Shown: positions 48,988-58,979, numbered from the stretch's first letter. The stretch is DNA of 64,000 nt from a virus (IMGVR_UViG_3300037067_022526:73763-137762), one strand, 5' to 3'. The notes: generated from the sequence alone by a model not told the origin. Translations and numbers: made by a program.

Positions 48988-49098
48988 ACTGTGGGAATGC
49001 TACAGGGTTTCATAAGTCTGCTAGAAATATCTTAGCTAAGGGATTAGCAATTTTGGATGAAGGAAGAATCCGTGGGGTTTAGCCCCTGCGGAGTGTCA
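48988..49098 (+). mobile_element. IS200/IS605 right end with omega-RNA-like scaffold, no tnpB
   Basis: CTGTGG/CTACAG stem ... GATGAAGGAAGAATCCGTGGGGTTTAGCCCCTGCGGAGTGTCA. Confidence 0.65.
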
Positions 49099-49117
49099 AT
49101 TTCCTAGAGGATTATAA

Positions 49118-49324
49118 ATGTTAAAAATAGAGACACAATCGTCATTAGGAGTGGAATTAGTCGATTCGGCAAATAGAGCTAAATTACAATACTCTTTTAA
49201 TAGTGGAAAAGTGGTTTTGAGTTCACATTCAATATCAGATGATTTAAAAATTTTTGATACTATACAAGATGCAATTAAATACTTGAGATCTCTTGATAAA
49301 TTCAGTGCCCCGGAGAAATTATAA
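49118..49324 (+). CDS. hypothetical protein
   Basis: RBS gagga; TAATG coupling to the next gene. Confidence 0.5.
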   Translation: MLKIETQSSLGVELVDSANRAKLQYSFNSGKVVLSSHSISDDLKIFDTIQDAIKYLRSLDKFSAPEKL

Positions 49325-50787
49325 TGTCTGATAATACACCTATCATTGTGGCACCCGGACAAATACAGTTTGAAGGCGGGGGATCTTTTGTCACGGGAAC
49401 CAAAGCAGTTTTCTTTTTCACTTTTACAGACATAACAGGCCAACTATATGATCCCTATGATTTTAGTATTGAGATACTAGATCCATCAAGTACTTCTGTC
49501 GAAACGGGCACAAATCTAGATAAAGTTGAGCTGGGAATTTTTGCTTACTCGTGGAATATACCCAATGACGAGACCGCAGGAAGCCATATCCTAAATCTAA
49601 GTTATACTTATGAGACGATTGATGGACCCACTACAGATACACATACTGAAGAATTTATAGTCATTGAATCTGGGCAAACAAGTGGAGATGCCTATACTTA
49701 CCGACAGGTAGCAAGCAGAGCTTTCCTCGAATCACTAATTGGGTATATACAGCGTATACCCATATTCCACGAACCTGCCAGATTTAATAAAGCAAGAACT
49801 ACTTGTGAATTATCCTTCCCAAGATGGAATCAGTCTGCGGGTGTTAAAGTTTATCTGAACGGCGACATACAAGAAAGTGGTTATTCCGTAGACTATCTTA
49901 AAGGGCGAGTCATTTTCAGCAAGTCTAGATCGTCTTACGATGAGACTCATGTGAGCTATAATTTCAGATGGTTTACCGATAGTGAATTGGATAGTTTTAT
50001 AGAACAAGGTGTTAATGTTGTCAATATATGGCCACCTCAAAGTGTTTATAATATTAATACCATAGAAGATAGGTGGATTATAGCTGCTGAATATGCTGCT
50101 GCTATTAACGTTTATCGTCGTTGGATGAGCGATGTTCAATTTCAGGAGCCAATCAAAATATTTGGAAGCTTACAAAGAGCCCAAGAAGTTTTCGGCAACT
50201 TTGACTCGATCAAAAAGAACTACGAAGATCAACTCAATAAAATGCTAGAAGTAAAGAAATATGGACCATACACTGGCTTGACAAAGACTGTTACGGTGCC
50301 GGAGTTTACGCTCCCTGGAGGTAGGTGTTTATCTTATAATTCTATGCTTGTTTTTAAGGTAAATAATGAGGATATTCAATCTGACACGATAGAAAATGTA
50401 TATACATTATTGGAAAATGGAAATGAAATTCGAGTGCGGTCAGACAACAATGGTGAGTTAAAATTTGAACCGGTTTCTCGTATTTGGGAAACTGGGGCAA
50501 AACCATTATTACGAATCGAGGATGAATTTGGTAATTTTGTGGAAGCATCTGATGAGCATATAATGTTTATTGACAACAAGCCAGTTGCGGCATCCGATGT
50601 AAAAGTTGGAGATTTATTAACTATAACATCATTTGAAAATATAAGAAACAGTAAAGTGGCATCAATAACACCAGTTGGTGAAACTCTAACTTTCGATATT
50701 GAAGTTCCATCAACCGAGAATTTGTTTGTAAATAACATTAAATGCCATAACTCAAGGTGGTTCAGATACTTGTTTAGCACTAATTAA
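49324..50787 (+). CDS. probable virion head-completion/neck-like protein containing an intein
   Basis: Ig-like N-terminus, YSVDYLKGRVIF, FTDSELDSFI; intein near C-terminus. Confidence 0.6.
   Translation: MSDNTPIIVAPGQIQFEGGGSFVTGTKAVFFFTFTDITGQLYDPYDFSIEILDPSSTSVETGTNLDKVELGIFAYSWNIPNDETAGSHILNLSYTYETIDGPTTDTHTEEFIVIESGQTSGDAYTYRQVASRAFLESLIGYIQRIPIFHEPARFNKARTTCELSFPRWNQSAGVKVYLNGDIQESGYSVDYLKGRVIFSKSRSSYDETHVSYNFRWFTDSELDSFIEQGVNVVNIWPPQSVYNINTIEDRWIIAAEYAAAINVYRRWMSDVQFQEPIKIFGSLQRAQEVFGNFDSIKKNYEDQLNKMLEVKKYGPYTGLTKTVTVPEFTLPGGRCLSYNSMLVFKVNNEDIQSDTIENVYTLLENGNEIRVRSDNNGELKFEPVSRIWETGAKPLLRIEDEFGNFVEASDEHIMFIDNKPVAASDVKVGDLLTITSFENIRNSKVASITPVGETLTFDIEVPSTENLFVNNIKCHNSRWFRYLFSTN
50326..50751 (+). 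mobile_element. mini-intein (142 aa, no endonuclease domain)
   Basis: N-terminal CLSY, block B ASDEH, block F TFDIEV, C-terminal KCHN followed by Ser. Confidence 0.9.
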
Positions 50788-50872
50788 GTTATTGTGAATA
50801 ATGAATTTATAAATATTTTGAAAAAATACCATATTCCGGTATCTTTTTCAAGTTGATGTTGTATAATGTATT

Positions 50873-51787
50873 ATGATAAACGATAATGATTCGGTGACAT
50901 GTCAAGTATGTGGGAGAGCATTTGATTTAATTCATCCAAAACATCTGAAACTTCATGGTTTAACTTTCGATCAATACAAAACACAATTCCCAGATGCTCC
51001 AACTTGTAGCAAAGCATCTCTTGAGCGTAGAAAAAATTCTCTAATTGGGCGAGAAATAACCTGGGCTGATAAAATAGCTACTGGTGTAAAAAAGAGCTGG
51101 TCGGAAAATAAATTTCAAGGAAGAACTGGAATTCCACTGTGCGAAGAAAGTCGGAAAAAATTATCTAAAAAATTAATGGGTCATTTGGTTAGCGATGAAA
51201 CTCGTGTTAAAATTGGCATTGCCGGATTAGGACGAACTCCCTGGAATAGTGGAATCACCAAAGAAGACGACGAAAGGCTTCGATCTGTTTCTGATAAAAT
51301 CAGGATATGGAATAAAGAGCATATGACTCCTGAAATAAGATATCAGATCAGTCAGACATTAAAACAGAAATATGCAGATGGCATGCAAATACCCCAGAGC
51401 AAGGGCAATAAAAGAGCTGACTTAGGAATGTATTTCAGGAGTACATGGGAAGCCAATTATGCTCGTATATTAAATTATGAAAACACAGAATGGGAATATG
51501 AAACTGGAAGATTCTCTTTAATGGGAATTGATGGTGATATAATAGCAGTTTATACTCCGGATTTTTTAGTAAATAATAAGTGGATAGAAATTAAAGGACA
51601 CGCTGATGCTGCCAGTGATTGGGAGTGTGATTGTAAAAGATGCGATCGAGATAGATTAAAAATGCTTTTATTTGCAGAACAATATCCCGAAGAAGAAATT
51701 GAAATTATTGGGAAAACGGAATATAGGAAAATTTCTAAAAAATATGCATCAATTATTGAAAACTGGGAAAAATCAGCATATGATTAG
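50873..51787 (+). CDS. free-standing homing-endonuclease-like protein
   Basis: CQVC...HLKLH zinc finger, NUMOD3-like repeats, FRSTWE...YTPDF...IEIKG PD-(D/E)xK domain. Confidence 0.75.
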   Translation: MINDNDSVTCQVCGRAFDLIHPKHLKLHGLTFDQYKTQFPDAPTCSKASLERRKNSLIGREITWADKIATGVKKSWSENKFQGRTGIPLCEESRKKLSKKLMGHLVSDETRVKIGIAGLGRTPWNSGITKEDDERLRSVSDKIRIWNKEHMTPEIRYQISQTLKQKYADGMQIPQSKGNKRADLGMYFRSTWEANYARILNYENTEWEYETGRFSLMGIDGDIIAVYTPDFLVNNKWIEIKGHADAASDWECDCKRCDRDRLKMLLFAEQYPEEEIEIIGKTEYRKISKKYASIIENWEKSAYD

Positions 51788-51813
51788 AAAAAGTAAAATC
51801 AAAGGAGAGTATT

Positions 51814-52218
51814 ATGAATCGCCGTAATTTTTTTAAAACCGCTGGAGCTGCCGCTGGAACAGTATTACTTAGTACGCCCAGTAATGCTCTTTCACAGTCT
51901 ATTGAAACCGATAGTGGTATATGCATAGGCACTGAGCATTTCACTAAGGAAGATATTGAAAATATGTGGAACAATCATAACACTCTGAATGTTTGTCTTG
52001 ATATACTTTTGTCTGATTATCAATCCCTCAGAGATAACGGCAAGTTAGATGACTTGCAGCATTTTCATAAGCGTATGAAATCAACTATTGAAAATATAGT
52101 AGTTCATCTTTTGCAAAAGCATCCAATGCGAGCTGTGGGTAAATGGGATAATGGTGAGGATTATATTCCATTGCAATTCTCTAGATCGTTTATCGATAGC
52201 ATCAAGAATAAATCATGA
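51814..52218 (+). CDS. protein with twin-arginine (Tat) signal peptide
   Basis: MNRRNFFKTAGAAAG. Confidence 0.65.
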   Translation: MNRRNFFKTAGAAAGTVLLSTPSNALSQSIETDSGICIGTEHFTKEDIENMWNNHNTLNVCLDILLSDYQSLRDNGKLDDLQHFHKRMKSTIENIVVHLLQKHPMRAVGKWDNGEDYIPLQFSRSFIDSIKNKS

Positions 52219-52327
52219 CAGAAATGTTTAATGTATTGTATAAAAATCACTTTTTCGAAAATAGATGAGAGAGTATCACCTGGAATATGAACATTGATTT
52301 TTGTGAGTTACCACTGTATAATACACC

Positions 52328-52810
52328 ATGCTAAATCACGGTTTAGATAACGACACGCAAGTCTTCTTTTATGAACAAGAATTCTATGTCTTGTCCAATT
52401 TCTCGTCTTTCAGGTTATTCTGGAAAGGACACGATTTTCCCACATCTGAGCATGCTTATCACTGGGAGAAGTTTTCTAACAATCCAAATTGTCAATCATA
52501 TATTCTCGAATCGAGATCTGCCCACGATGCTCTCAAGTGGGCACAATATTGGTCTAATTTAGTGCGACCAGATTGGAATGACATTAAAGTAGATGTCATG
52601 CGAGACATTCTTCGTGCCAAAGTCCAACAACATGAATATGTCCGTAAAAAACTACTGGAGACAGGTGACCGTGAGATCATAGAGAACTCATGGCGAGACA
52701 ATTTTTGGGGGTGGGGTCCGGGTAGAGACGGATTAAATATGTTGGGTAAATTGTGGATGGAAGTGCGTAGTGAGATAAAGCACGATGAACATTCATCAAT
52801 GCAGGAGTAG
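52328..52810 (+). CDS. NADAR (YbiA-like) protein, second copy
   Basis: LSNFS, TSEHAY, LLETGD, ENSWRDNFWG, NMLGKLWM. Confidence 0.9.
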   Translation: MLNHGLDNDTQVFFYEQEFYVLSNFSSFRLFWKGHDFPTSEHAYHWEKFSNNPNCQSYILESRSAHDALKWAQYWSNLVRPDWNDIKVDVMRDILRAKVQQHEYVRKKLLETGDREIIENSWRDNFWGWGPGRDGLNMLGKLWMEVRSEIKHDEHSSMQE

Positions 52811-52911
52811 ATTATGTTGAATAGATCAGTAGGTGGTCCGTGGCCAGACAGTTGGTTTGTATGGTTGTTCGGGGGGTAACTTTCGCCTAAATACTTGCCG
52901 GTGCGGACAGT

Positions 52912-53346
52912 GTGGCGGTGGATATGGATGGGCTCCCAATCTGTACTGCAGATTTAGGAATTGGTACCTTTATTGGTGTTATAAGACATTGCTGCAATTT
53001 TTGTCACTTGGCGGCGGTTCTGTTGTTGACCACAATTGTCAAGATGGATCTCATTATGACTAATAAATATGAATATTATGATTTAACTTGTCGTCTTTCC
53101 AAAGAAAACCTATATAACCTCCTCTACGCTTTGGTTATGCATAGTGGGGCTATAACTGATACTTCTGTAATCGGTCTAAACACCATTAAATCACTAACTC
53201 GACATCAGAATTCATACAGCATGGCTGATTTTCGTATTCAACTACCTTCTAACCAGAGAAAATCTTTCGAAGATATGTCGAGTCTTGAACTTGTAGATAT
53301 ACCTAAAGTATCGATCAATTCTGAATTTTCGCAAATTTTGGAGTAA
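52912..53346 (+). CDS. hypothetical protein (start uncertain)
   Basis: ORF in co-directional run. Confidence 0.4.
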   Translation: MAVDMDGLPICTADLGIGTFIGVIRHCCNFCHLAAVLLLTTIVKMDLIMTNKYEYYDLTCRLSKENLYNLLYALVMHSGAITDTSVIGLNTIKSLTRHQNSYSMADFRIQLPSNQRKSFEDMSSLELVDIPKVSINSEFSQILE

Positions 53347-53349
53347 ACA

Positions 53350-53604
53350 ATGATTGATAAATTTGGACACAACTGGGAAGGTAATAGAAATTGTGTTTGC
53401 CATCACCAATGTATATATTGTGGCGCATTGAGTGGTACGTCTGAAGCTTTTGCTAATTGCGTGTCTAATATTGGACCCGCAGGATATGATGTAGAAATAA
53501 TAGTTCATACTCCAAATGGTGATATTCAACATAACATGAAATTAGTGAATCTAGATATTTCTAGCAAATCTGGTGTATTTTCACTCCGTGGGGAAATATT
53601 GTAA
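53350..53604 (+). CDS. hypothetical protein
   Basis: RBS ggag; CIYCG. Confidence 0.5.
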   Translation: MIDKFGHNWEGNRNCVCHHQCIYCGALSGTSEAFANCVSNIGPAGYDVEIIVHTPNGDIQHNMKLVNLDISSKSGVFSLRGEIL

Positions 53605-53839
53605 AGGTATCCTTTCCCATTCTGTTGTATAAATCCTTATGCTCCAGGTTCTGGATACGTGGGTAATTTCAAGTCATGGTCAGATGTAATGTCTTTCATC
53701 GGGATGTTACGTGCAGAAAATATAGAAATACAGAACTTGAGTTAACGTCCTACCTAAAAATTTCTAAAATTCTGGTTAAATCTCCCGATGTAATGTATAA
53801 TACACAGTATACATGAAATTTTGTAATGGAGATTGCCAC

Positions 53840-54919
53840 ATGCCATCCAAAGAACTGACTCCTTTAAGTATCCGATTAAATGATGATGTTATTAGCTGTT
53901 TGAAACAAGAAGCTCGTCGTGTTTCTTATGGGGGCAACAAGGACGTAAGCTATGTAGACTTAATCCGAGATGCTGTTGCAAATTATGTTGCAGGCATTGA
54001 ACCGACACACAATCAAGAAACAGTGCGTAGTATTTCGGTCGAAACGACCGATGATATGCCATTTTCATCGGATAGAATTTCTGATCTCGAATGGCTCAAA
54101 AACTTGGATGTGAATGAATGGCTTGAATTATTTGGGCTAAATTTTAACTCGCGACTATCTTGCTCAATGCAACGTATTATTATGCCAATACTTGAGAAAA
54201 TGTCAATTCCCAGATCGGTACTAGTTAGAAACGAAGGCGAGGTTAAAGTTCATGATCGAGAACTCTCTAGTATATTGTTCGTGATATCTCGTCGCGGAGG
54301 AGTGCCTGACGAAATTCAAGAAGGACACCAATTTGTTCCACCTACATTCCAGATTGCGTGCTGTCCTCAAATTAAGATCGAGGAGATATTATCCCGAAAT
54401 ATAACCGCATTGGCAAAATCCACAAACACAGCAGCATCTTTGATTGCTAAAGAGGAAACTGCTAATTTTTATTGGCTAATATATCATGCATCAAAAAATA
54501 ATACCATAAAAGTGCCTTCAATTACTCTGGATACTCTTTTCTCGGGGTATGATGCTCTCATAAATATTGGCAAGAAACCTGATCACCTTTTACTTTCTCC
54601 TGCTCTCTTCATATCTCTTAGCAGAGAGGCAAACCAAAAAAATGGCAATTGGAATTTTGGAAGTCTTACGCAAGATAATAGTGTAATTGGACATTTCTGT
54701 GGTGCAGACATTAGAACAATTCCGAATATGGAATCAACTGAAGCTTATTTTCTGGCGGTGTCCGATGGTGCTAATTTCATTCAAAGAATTCAGCCAACTC
54801 TACTTATATCACCTGAACCTAAAACCTTACGAAGTGGACTCGCAATCTGGGAGGATGTTGGTATGTTTATCCATGATAATATGGTGAGTTGCGTTTCTTC
54901 ATCTAATGAGACAAGGTAA
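53840..54919 (+). CDS. ribbon-helix-helix domain fused to a major-capsid-like (HK97-fold) domain
   Basis: LSIRLNDD...YVDLIRDAV; VISRRGGVPDEIQEG...PTFQIACCPQIKIEEI...IAKEE. Confidence 0.55.
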   Translation: MPSKELTPLSIRLNDDVISCLKQEARRVSYGGNKDVSYVDLIRDAVANYVAGIEPTHNQETVRSISVETTDDMPFSSDRISDLEWLKNLDVNEWLELFGLNFNSRLSCSMQRIIMPILEKMSIPRSVLVRNEGEVKVHDRELSSILFVISRRGGVPDEIQEGHQFVPPTFQIACCPQIKIEEILSRNITALAKSTNTAASLIAKEETANFYWLIYHASKNNTIKVPSITLDTLFSGYDALINIGKKPDHLLLSPALFISLSREANQKNGNWNFGSLTQDNSVIGHFCGADIRTIPNMESTEAYFLAVSDGANFIQRIQPTLLISPEPKTLRSGLAIWEDVGMFIHDNMVSCVSSSNETR

Positions 54920-55041
54920 TGTATAATTCGATAGCGGGCTGTATCCGTTTGCCTACGTGGTGGGGCTGCGTGTATAAGGCATGAATCCCCAATTCTTTGC
55001 CTGAGCAGGACAATTAATCCCAAATCTCGTATATTCAATAC

Positions 55042-56631
55042 ATGTCCTGGCTATCTAAAATATCCTCTAATTGGTATCATGGTACCGATTCTATTTTTGA
55101 TCCTTCTGATTTTCGTAACCAGTCTGAATCTATCAATTCAACTATTCTTGGGCCTATTTCAGTAACTCGTAATGGTATTTTTCTCACCGACAATCCAGAA
55201 CTTGCCAAAGACTATGGCTCGAATGTTATGAATTTGAAAGCTGATGTTAAAAATACTGCCAACCTAACAAGGAATCTAAGGCTGGATTTTGTGGATTCTC
55301 TTGATCCCTGGACAGAGCGAGATTTATGGTTGCTGGCCAAGAACACTTTGCATGATTGGCAACTATTCGACAATGAAGTTGGCGCTCGGTTCGTTCAATG
55401 GCTTAAAAACCAAGGATATGATAGTGCTATTCTTACAGAAGAAAACGACAGCGGTGTGTCGGGTAAAGTTTTAGTAGTTTTTGATGCTAATAATATCAAA
55501 AAAGCTTCTTCATTTTTACATAAAAAAATAGCTCGTCCACAATATGGTTTTCTTGGAAGGGAATTTTCGGCATTTCGTGCAGTAGATTTGAAACGAGCAT
55601 TAGATGTTTTGAATAATGGATTTGCTGCGAATGAATTTTTTGCGACGGATATAAATCGAGCTGTATTTTACGGTCACTTTACCCAAGAAAAATATCCTAA
55701 TATTATTTTTCAATGCCTATTAGATTCGAGTCGATCGGCAATTGACACTAATGATGCTGATAGTTCAGAAGGTACGGGGACATCATATGACAACATTCAG
55801 CAGGCGACATTCGAGATATATCGACTAGTAAAAAACTATAATATTCAGGAGTCGGATATTGAAAGATTTATAGGAAGCCAAATGGGTATGGGTTACGATA
55901 ATGTAGATGCACCTTCTTTGTGGATTTACTTAAATCAATTAACCAATGTTCCTATAAACGAAATAAAACAGTCAATACCTGCTGGATATTATGGATCATT
56001 AATTTTAGATAATCGAGGAGTGTTTGGCGTCACTGATGAAATCCCAGAAATGCAACTGCAATATTCGGCTCCAGTTCCGATTGAAAACATAGAAAAGGTT
56101 TATATCCATAGTAGTATACTAGATGCTTTCCGTTATAATTATCCAAGATATCCTAATGGTAATCCAATAGGATTGCCAGATGAAGTAAGCGTAATACCCG
56201 CACAGGTTCGTGAATTTGCTCAACAAATTGAAGAACAAATGAGACAGACGAGCGATGAAGATTTGATTGAAGAATTAGAATCCCTTTTATCGAGATTGGG
56301 CGAATCAATGGGACGATATGAAGATGAAACAAACTCAGCTTCGATGGATGGAACAATTTATCGTAAGTTATATCAAGGACTTCCCCTTCGCCTGGATGAT
56401 TTTCAGACTACGGGAGGATTTGTTGAATTTATGATGCCTCAACAGCGTATGCAAATAATATTAATTATTAAGAAAGCTATTTCGCGCCCCGATCCTCGAC
56501 AAATGTATCTATTTCCAATGTCCAAATATCGTGGATGGTTATACAAATTAGCATCCGATTATCTTTATTCCGATCCTGGACATGTCATATTCACCCAATA
56601 TAGGATAAATAATTATGTCGTGGTTAAATAA
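55042..56631 (+). CDS. multidomain protein with ADP-ribosyltransferase-like domain(s)
   Basis: WYHGT...GIFLTDNPELAKDYG...GYDSAI; second FRAV...FFATD; starts MSWLSK. Confidence 0.6.
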   Translation: MSWLSKISSNWYHGTDSIFDPSDFRNQSESINSTILGPISVTRNGIFLTDNPELAKDYGSNVMNLKADVKNTANLTRNLRLDFVDSLDPWTERDLWLLAKNTLHDWQLFDNEVGARFVQWLKNQGYDSAILTEENDSGVSGKVLVVFDANNIKKASSFLHKKIARPQYGFLGREFSAFRAVDLKRALDVLNNGFAANEFFATDINRAVFYGHFTQEKYPNIIFQCLLDSSRSAIDTNDADSSEGTGTSYDNIQQATFEIYRLVKNYNIQESDIERFIGSQMGMGYDNVDAPSLWIYLNQLTNVPINEIKQSIPAGYYGSLILDNRGVFGVTDEIPEMQLQYSAPVPIENIEKVYIHSSILDAFRYNYPRYPNGNPIGLPDEVSVIPAQVREFAQQIEEQMRQTSDEDLIEELESLLSRLGESMGRYEDETNSASMDGTIYRKLYQGLPLRLDDFQTTGGFVEFMMPQQRMQIILIIKKAISRPDPRQMYLFPMSKYRGWLYKLASDYLYSDPGHVIFTQYRINNYVVVK

Positions 56632-58549
56632 ACTAAGTCAATTAGCTAGTGTTCAACTCAAAAAGAGCATTCATACTCAGTCTAATCGCACTATTTATTA
56701 TTTAGTTGGTGATACATATAATTTGCATAAAACCACACCATTGGGACATGCTGGACTAGGATTTCAGTATTGGAAAGAAAAACGTATGTGGTGGATGTAT
56801 GCAGAGCGCATGAATTTGAATATCGCGACACAATTAGCCAATAAAGGAGTTGATGTATCAGATTATTCAGAACAAATAGAGTCAACCGCGCCTGCGCCTG
56901 CGCCTGCGGCAACCAGTTCTGCGGATACACCAACTGTTCCGTCTATGCCATCTTCTGCACCACCCACAACCCCAGATAATCTTACTGATAAATCTTGGGA
57001 TTTTGAGAATAAATGGGATGAAAAGAAAAGGTTATCAGAGAAAGCTGGGTTTCCTGTTAAGAAGATTTACGAGCAAGATATAACAATAGAATTTGAGGGT
57101 AAGCCTATCACTACGCATGCCGTTTTAAGCCGCAGTCCGAAACCGGGTAAAAGTCAATATGGTGGCTCGGTTGCTATGGGGTGGAAGGGCTTTCCTCGTT
57201 ATTATGTGGATGTCTCTATTAAAGAAACAGGGGTATCTCTTGGCAAATTTACAATTCCCATCAATAAGGAAACTCAGGAAAGAAAATGGAGTGCCATTAA
57301 CGAATCTGCAGAAGTAATACCTTGGATTGAGACTAAAATTAAAGAGATATATACTAATCCACAAACAAAAGGATATTCTCATCTGCGTGTCGCCCTGCAA
57401 AGACAGGGTCGAGACCCAGAATTTACTCAATTTCTACAGGATCATCAGGCATATGGAAAAAAGCAATCTAAGATAATGAAGTCCGTTCAGCTAGATGATC
57501 CCACATATGGTGGAACATTCCCTGTTTCTTTTCATGCTTCTCATGATGGTGAAACCTGGTATGGTGAAACGGCATTATCCCATCCGATGGCTCCTCGTCC
57601 AGAGACATTGTTTTATTTAGATATGCCTTTTGAGGTTCAAAATATAGAACAATTTAATCAGTGGCTAGATCAAGCAATTGCACAGCCAGAAAACCAAAAG
57701 AGAGCTAATGAAACCCTGCTAAAATATTTAAAGAGTTTTCCATACCTCGAAGAGGAGCAGAATGTAGCACAAGAATCCATGAAAGAAATACTTCCAATAA
57801 TTAGATCAAAAAGTATGGATGTGATGTTCTTCCGAAATAAACTGCTACAAAACGGTTATATAAGACCTTCAAAGAGACAGGCCCAAGCTGGTCCTGGTAT
57901 GGTCCCTCAAGAATCAATTAAAATGGTAATTGATGCAAAGAAAATAGTTGACGATATTTATAGATATGGCAAACATGCAAATAATCCTAATTTCTTTTAT
58001 GCAGTGGTAGCATATTATATGCATCGTTTAAAATCTGGCAATATAGGATTTATGCCCATTATGTTAATGGACGCAGTCAGACATTTAAAAGATGTGCTCA
58101 AAAGGTTCGGAGAGGATATAGATTTTAAAGATTTAGATGATTATCTTGAATCCGTTGGCAGACATCTTTTACAATCCTTATTCGATGTCAGAAACGCTCG
58201 GACAGCATGGGATCAATGGGATCAGTTTTATTCTGGTAATTGGGGACAAGGTTCAGGAGGATCGCCCGCCAAAAATGAGTATGCAAGAACCGCAGATTTG
58301 AATGAATTTATCACATTTGCGACAATATATGGAATTAGTCCGGAACAAGCTAAAGCCAGTCCTAAAAGCACATTTCGTCAACTTGCTCTAAAACTACATC
58401 CAGACACAAGCTCAAATCCAGACAAGGAACAGGCTGCGGCTGATTTTATATCCCTTAAAGAGATTTGGGATCGGATACCGGACAGTCTAAAACAGGCATA
58501 TACGAATTGGTGGTGCCGAGTTGTATATGGATCATCAAAATTATCTTGA
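56615..58549 (+). CDS. large protein with C-terminal J-domain
   Basis: FRQLALKLHPD...DFISLKEIW; Pro/Ala linker; starts MSWLNK. Confidence 0.65.
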   Translation: MSWLNKLSQLASVQLKKSIHTQSNRTIYYLVGDTYNLHKTTPLGHAGLGFQYWKEKRMWWMYAERMNLNIATQLANKGVDVSDYSEQIESTAPAPAPAATSSADTPTVPSMPSSAPPTTPDNLTDKSWDFENKWDEKKRLSEKAGFPVKKIYEQDITIEFEGKPITTHAVLSRSPKPGKSQYGGSVAMGWKGFPRYYVDVSIKETGVSLGKFTIPINKETQERKWSAINESAEVIPWIETKIKEIYTNPQTKGYSHLRVALQRQGRDPEFTQFLQDHQAYGKKQSKIMKSVQLDDPTYGGTFPVSFHASHDGETWYGETALSHPMAPRPETLFYLDMPFEVQNIEQFNQWLDQAIAQPENQKRANETLLKYLKSFPYLEEEQNVAQESMKEILPIIRSKSMDVMFFRNKLLQNGYIRPSKRQAQAGPGMVPQESIKMVIDAKKIVDDIYRYGKHANNPNFFYAVVAYYMHRLKSGNIGFMPIMLMDAVRHLKDVLKRFGEDIDFKDLDDYLESVGRHLLQSLFDVRNARTAWDQWDQFYSGNWGQGSGGSPAKNEYARTADLNEFITFATIYGISPEQAKASPKSTFRQLALKLHPDTSSNPDKEQAAADFISLKEIWDRIPDSLKQAYTNWWCRVVYGSSKLS

Positions 58550-58574
58550 CAATCTCGTCGTTTCGAAGTATAAT
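58546..58574 (+). promoter_or_regulatory. sigma70-type promoter
   Basis: TTGACA-N17-TATAAT. Confidence 0.8.
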
Positions 58575-58580
58575 TCTTGA

Positions 58581-58838
58581 GTGAGAACTCTCAACAAACT
58601 CTATGGTATGTGGATTCGGGGTGAGATGCCAAGGCCCGGTAAATGTTCGGGGTGTGTAGCTCGTAAATCTTTATGGCCCTGGCACATACTGTATTATTGC
58701 CCTTCAATGACCATGTATTACCACGAACCTGGCACTCCTGACCCAAATTATGTTGGGTTTTTGTGCAAAAGATGTATCGACGAATACACGGCATATTGGC
58801 AAGAGATGTGGAACGAATATAATTCAGGATTAATGTAA
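58581..58838 (+). CDS. hypothetical Cys-containing protein
   Basis: GTG 6 nt after the -10 box; LCKRC...YWQEMWNEY. Confidence 0.6.
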   Translation: MRTLNKLYGMWIRGEMPRPGKCSGCVARKSLWPWHILYYCPSMTMYYHEPGTPDPNYVGFLCKRCIDEYTAYWQEMWNEYNSGLM

Positions 58839-58979
58839 TGTGGATATTAAAATATAGCTCTAAAACAATTACTGTTCCTAATTTTGTATGGATATTTCTC
58901 TGTGTTACAATATCGTGCGAAATTGTAAATGGATTGTGGCAACTTTTACAAGATATGTTAAAATTGTGGTTGTATTTGT

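Noticed and set aside
47519-49098. CRISPR array
   Set aside because: Only two repeats 1.5 kb apart, with IS-end features; no array or cas gene seen in the window
53605-53690. Another AGGT-N18-GTATAAA promoter
   Set aside because: Followed only by a 16-codon ORF, so support is weak
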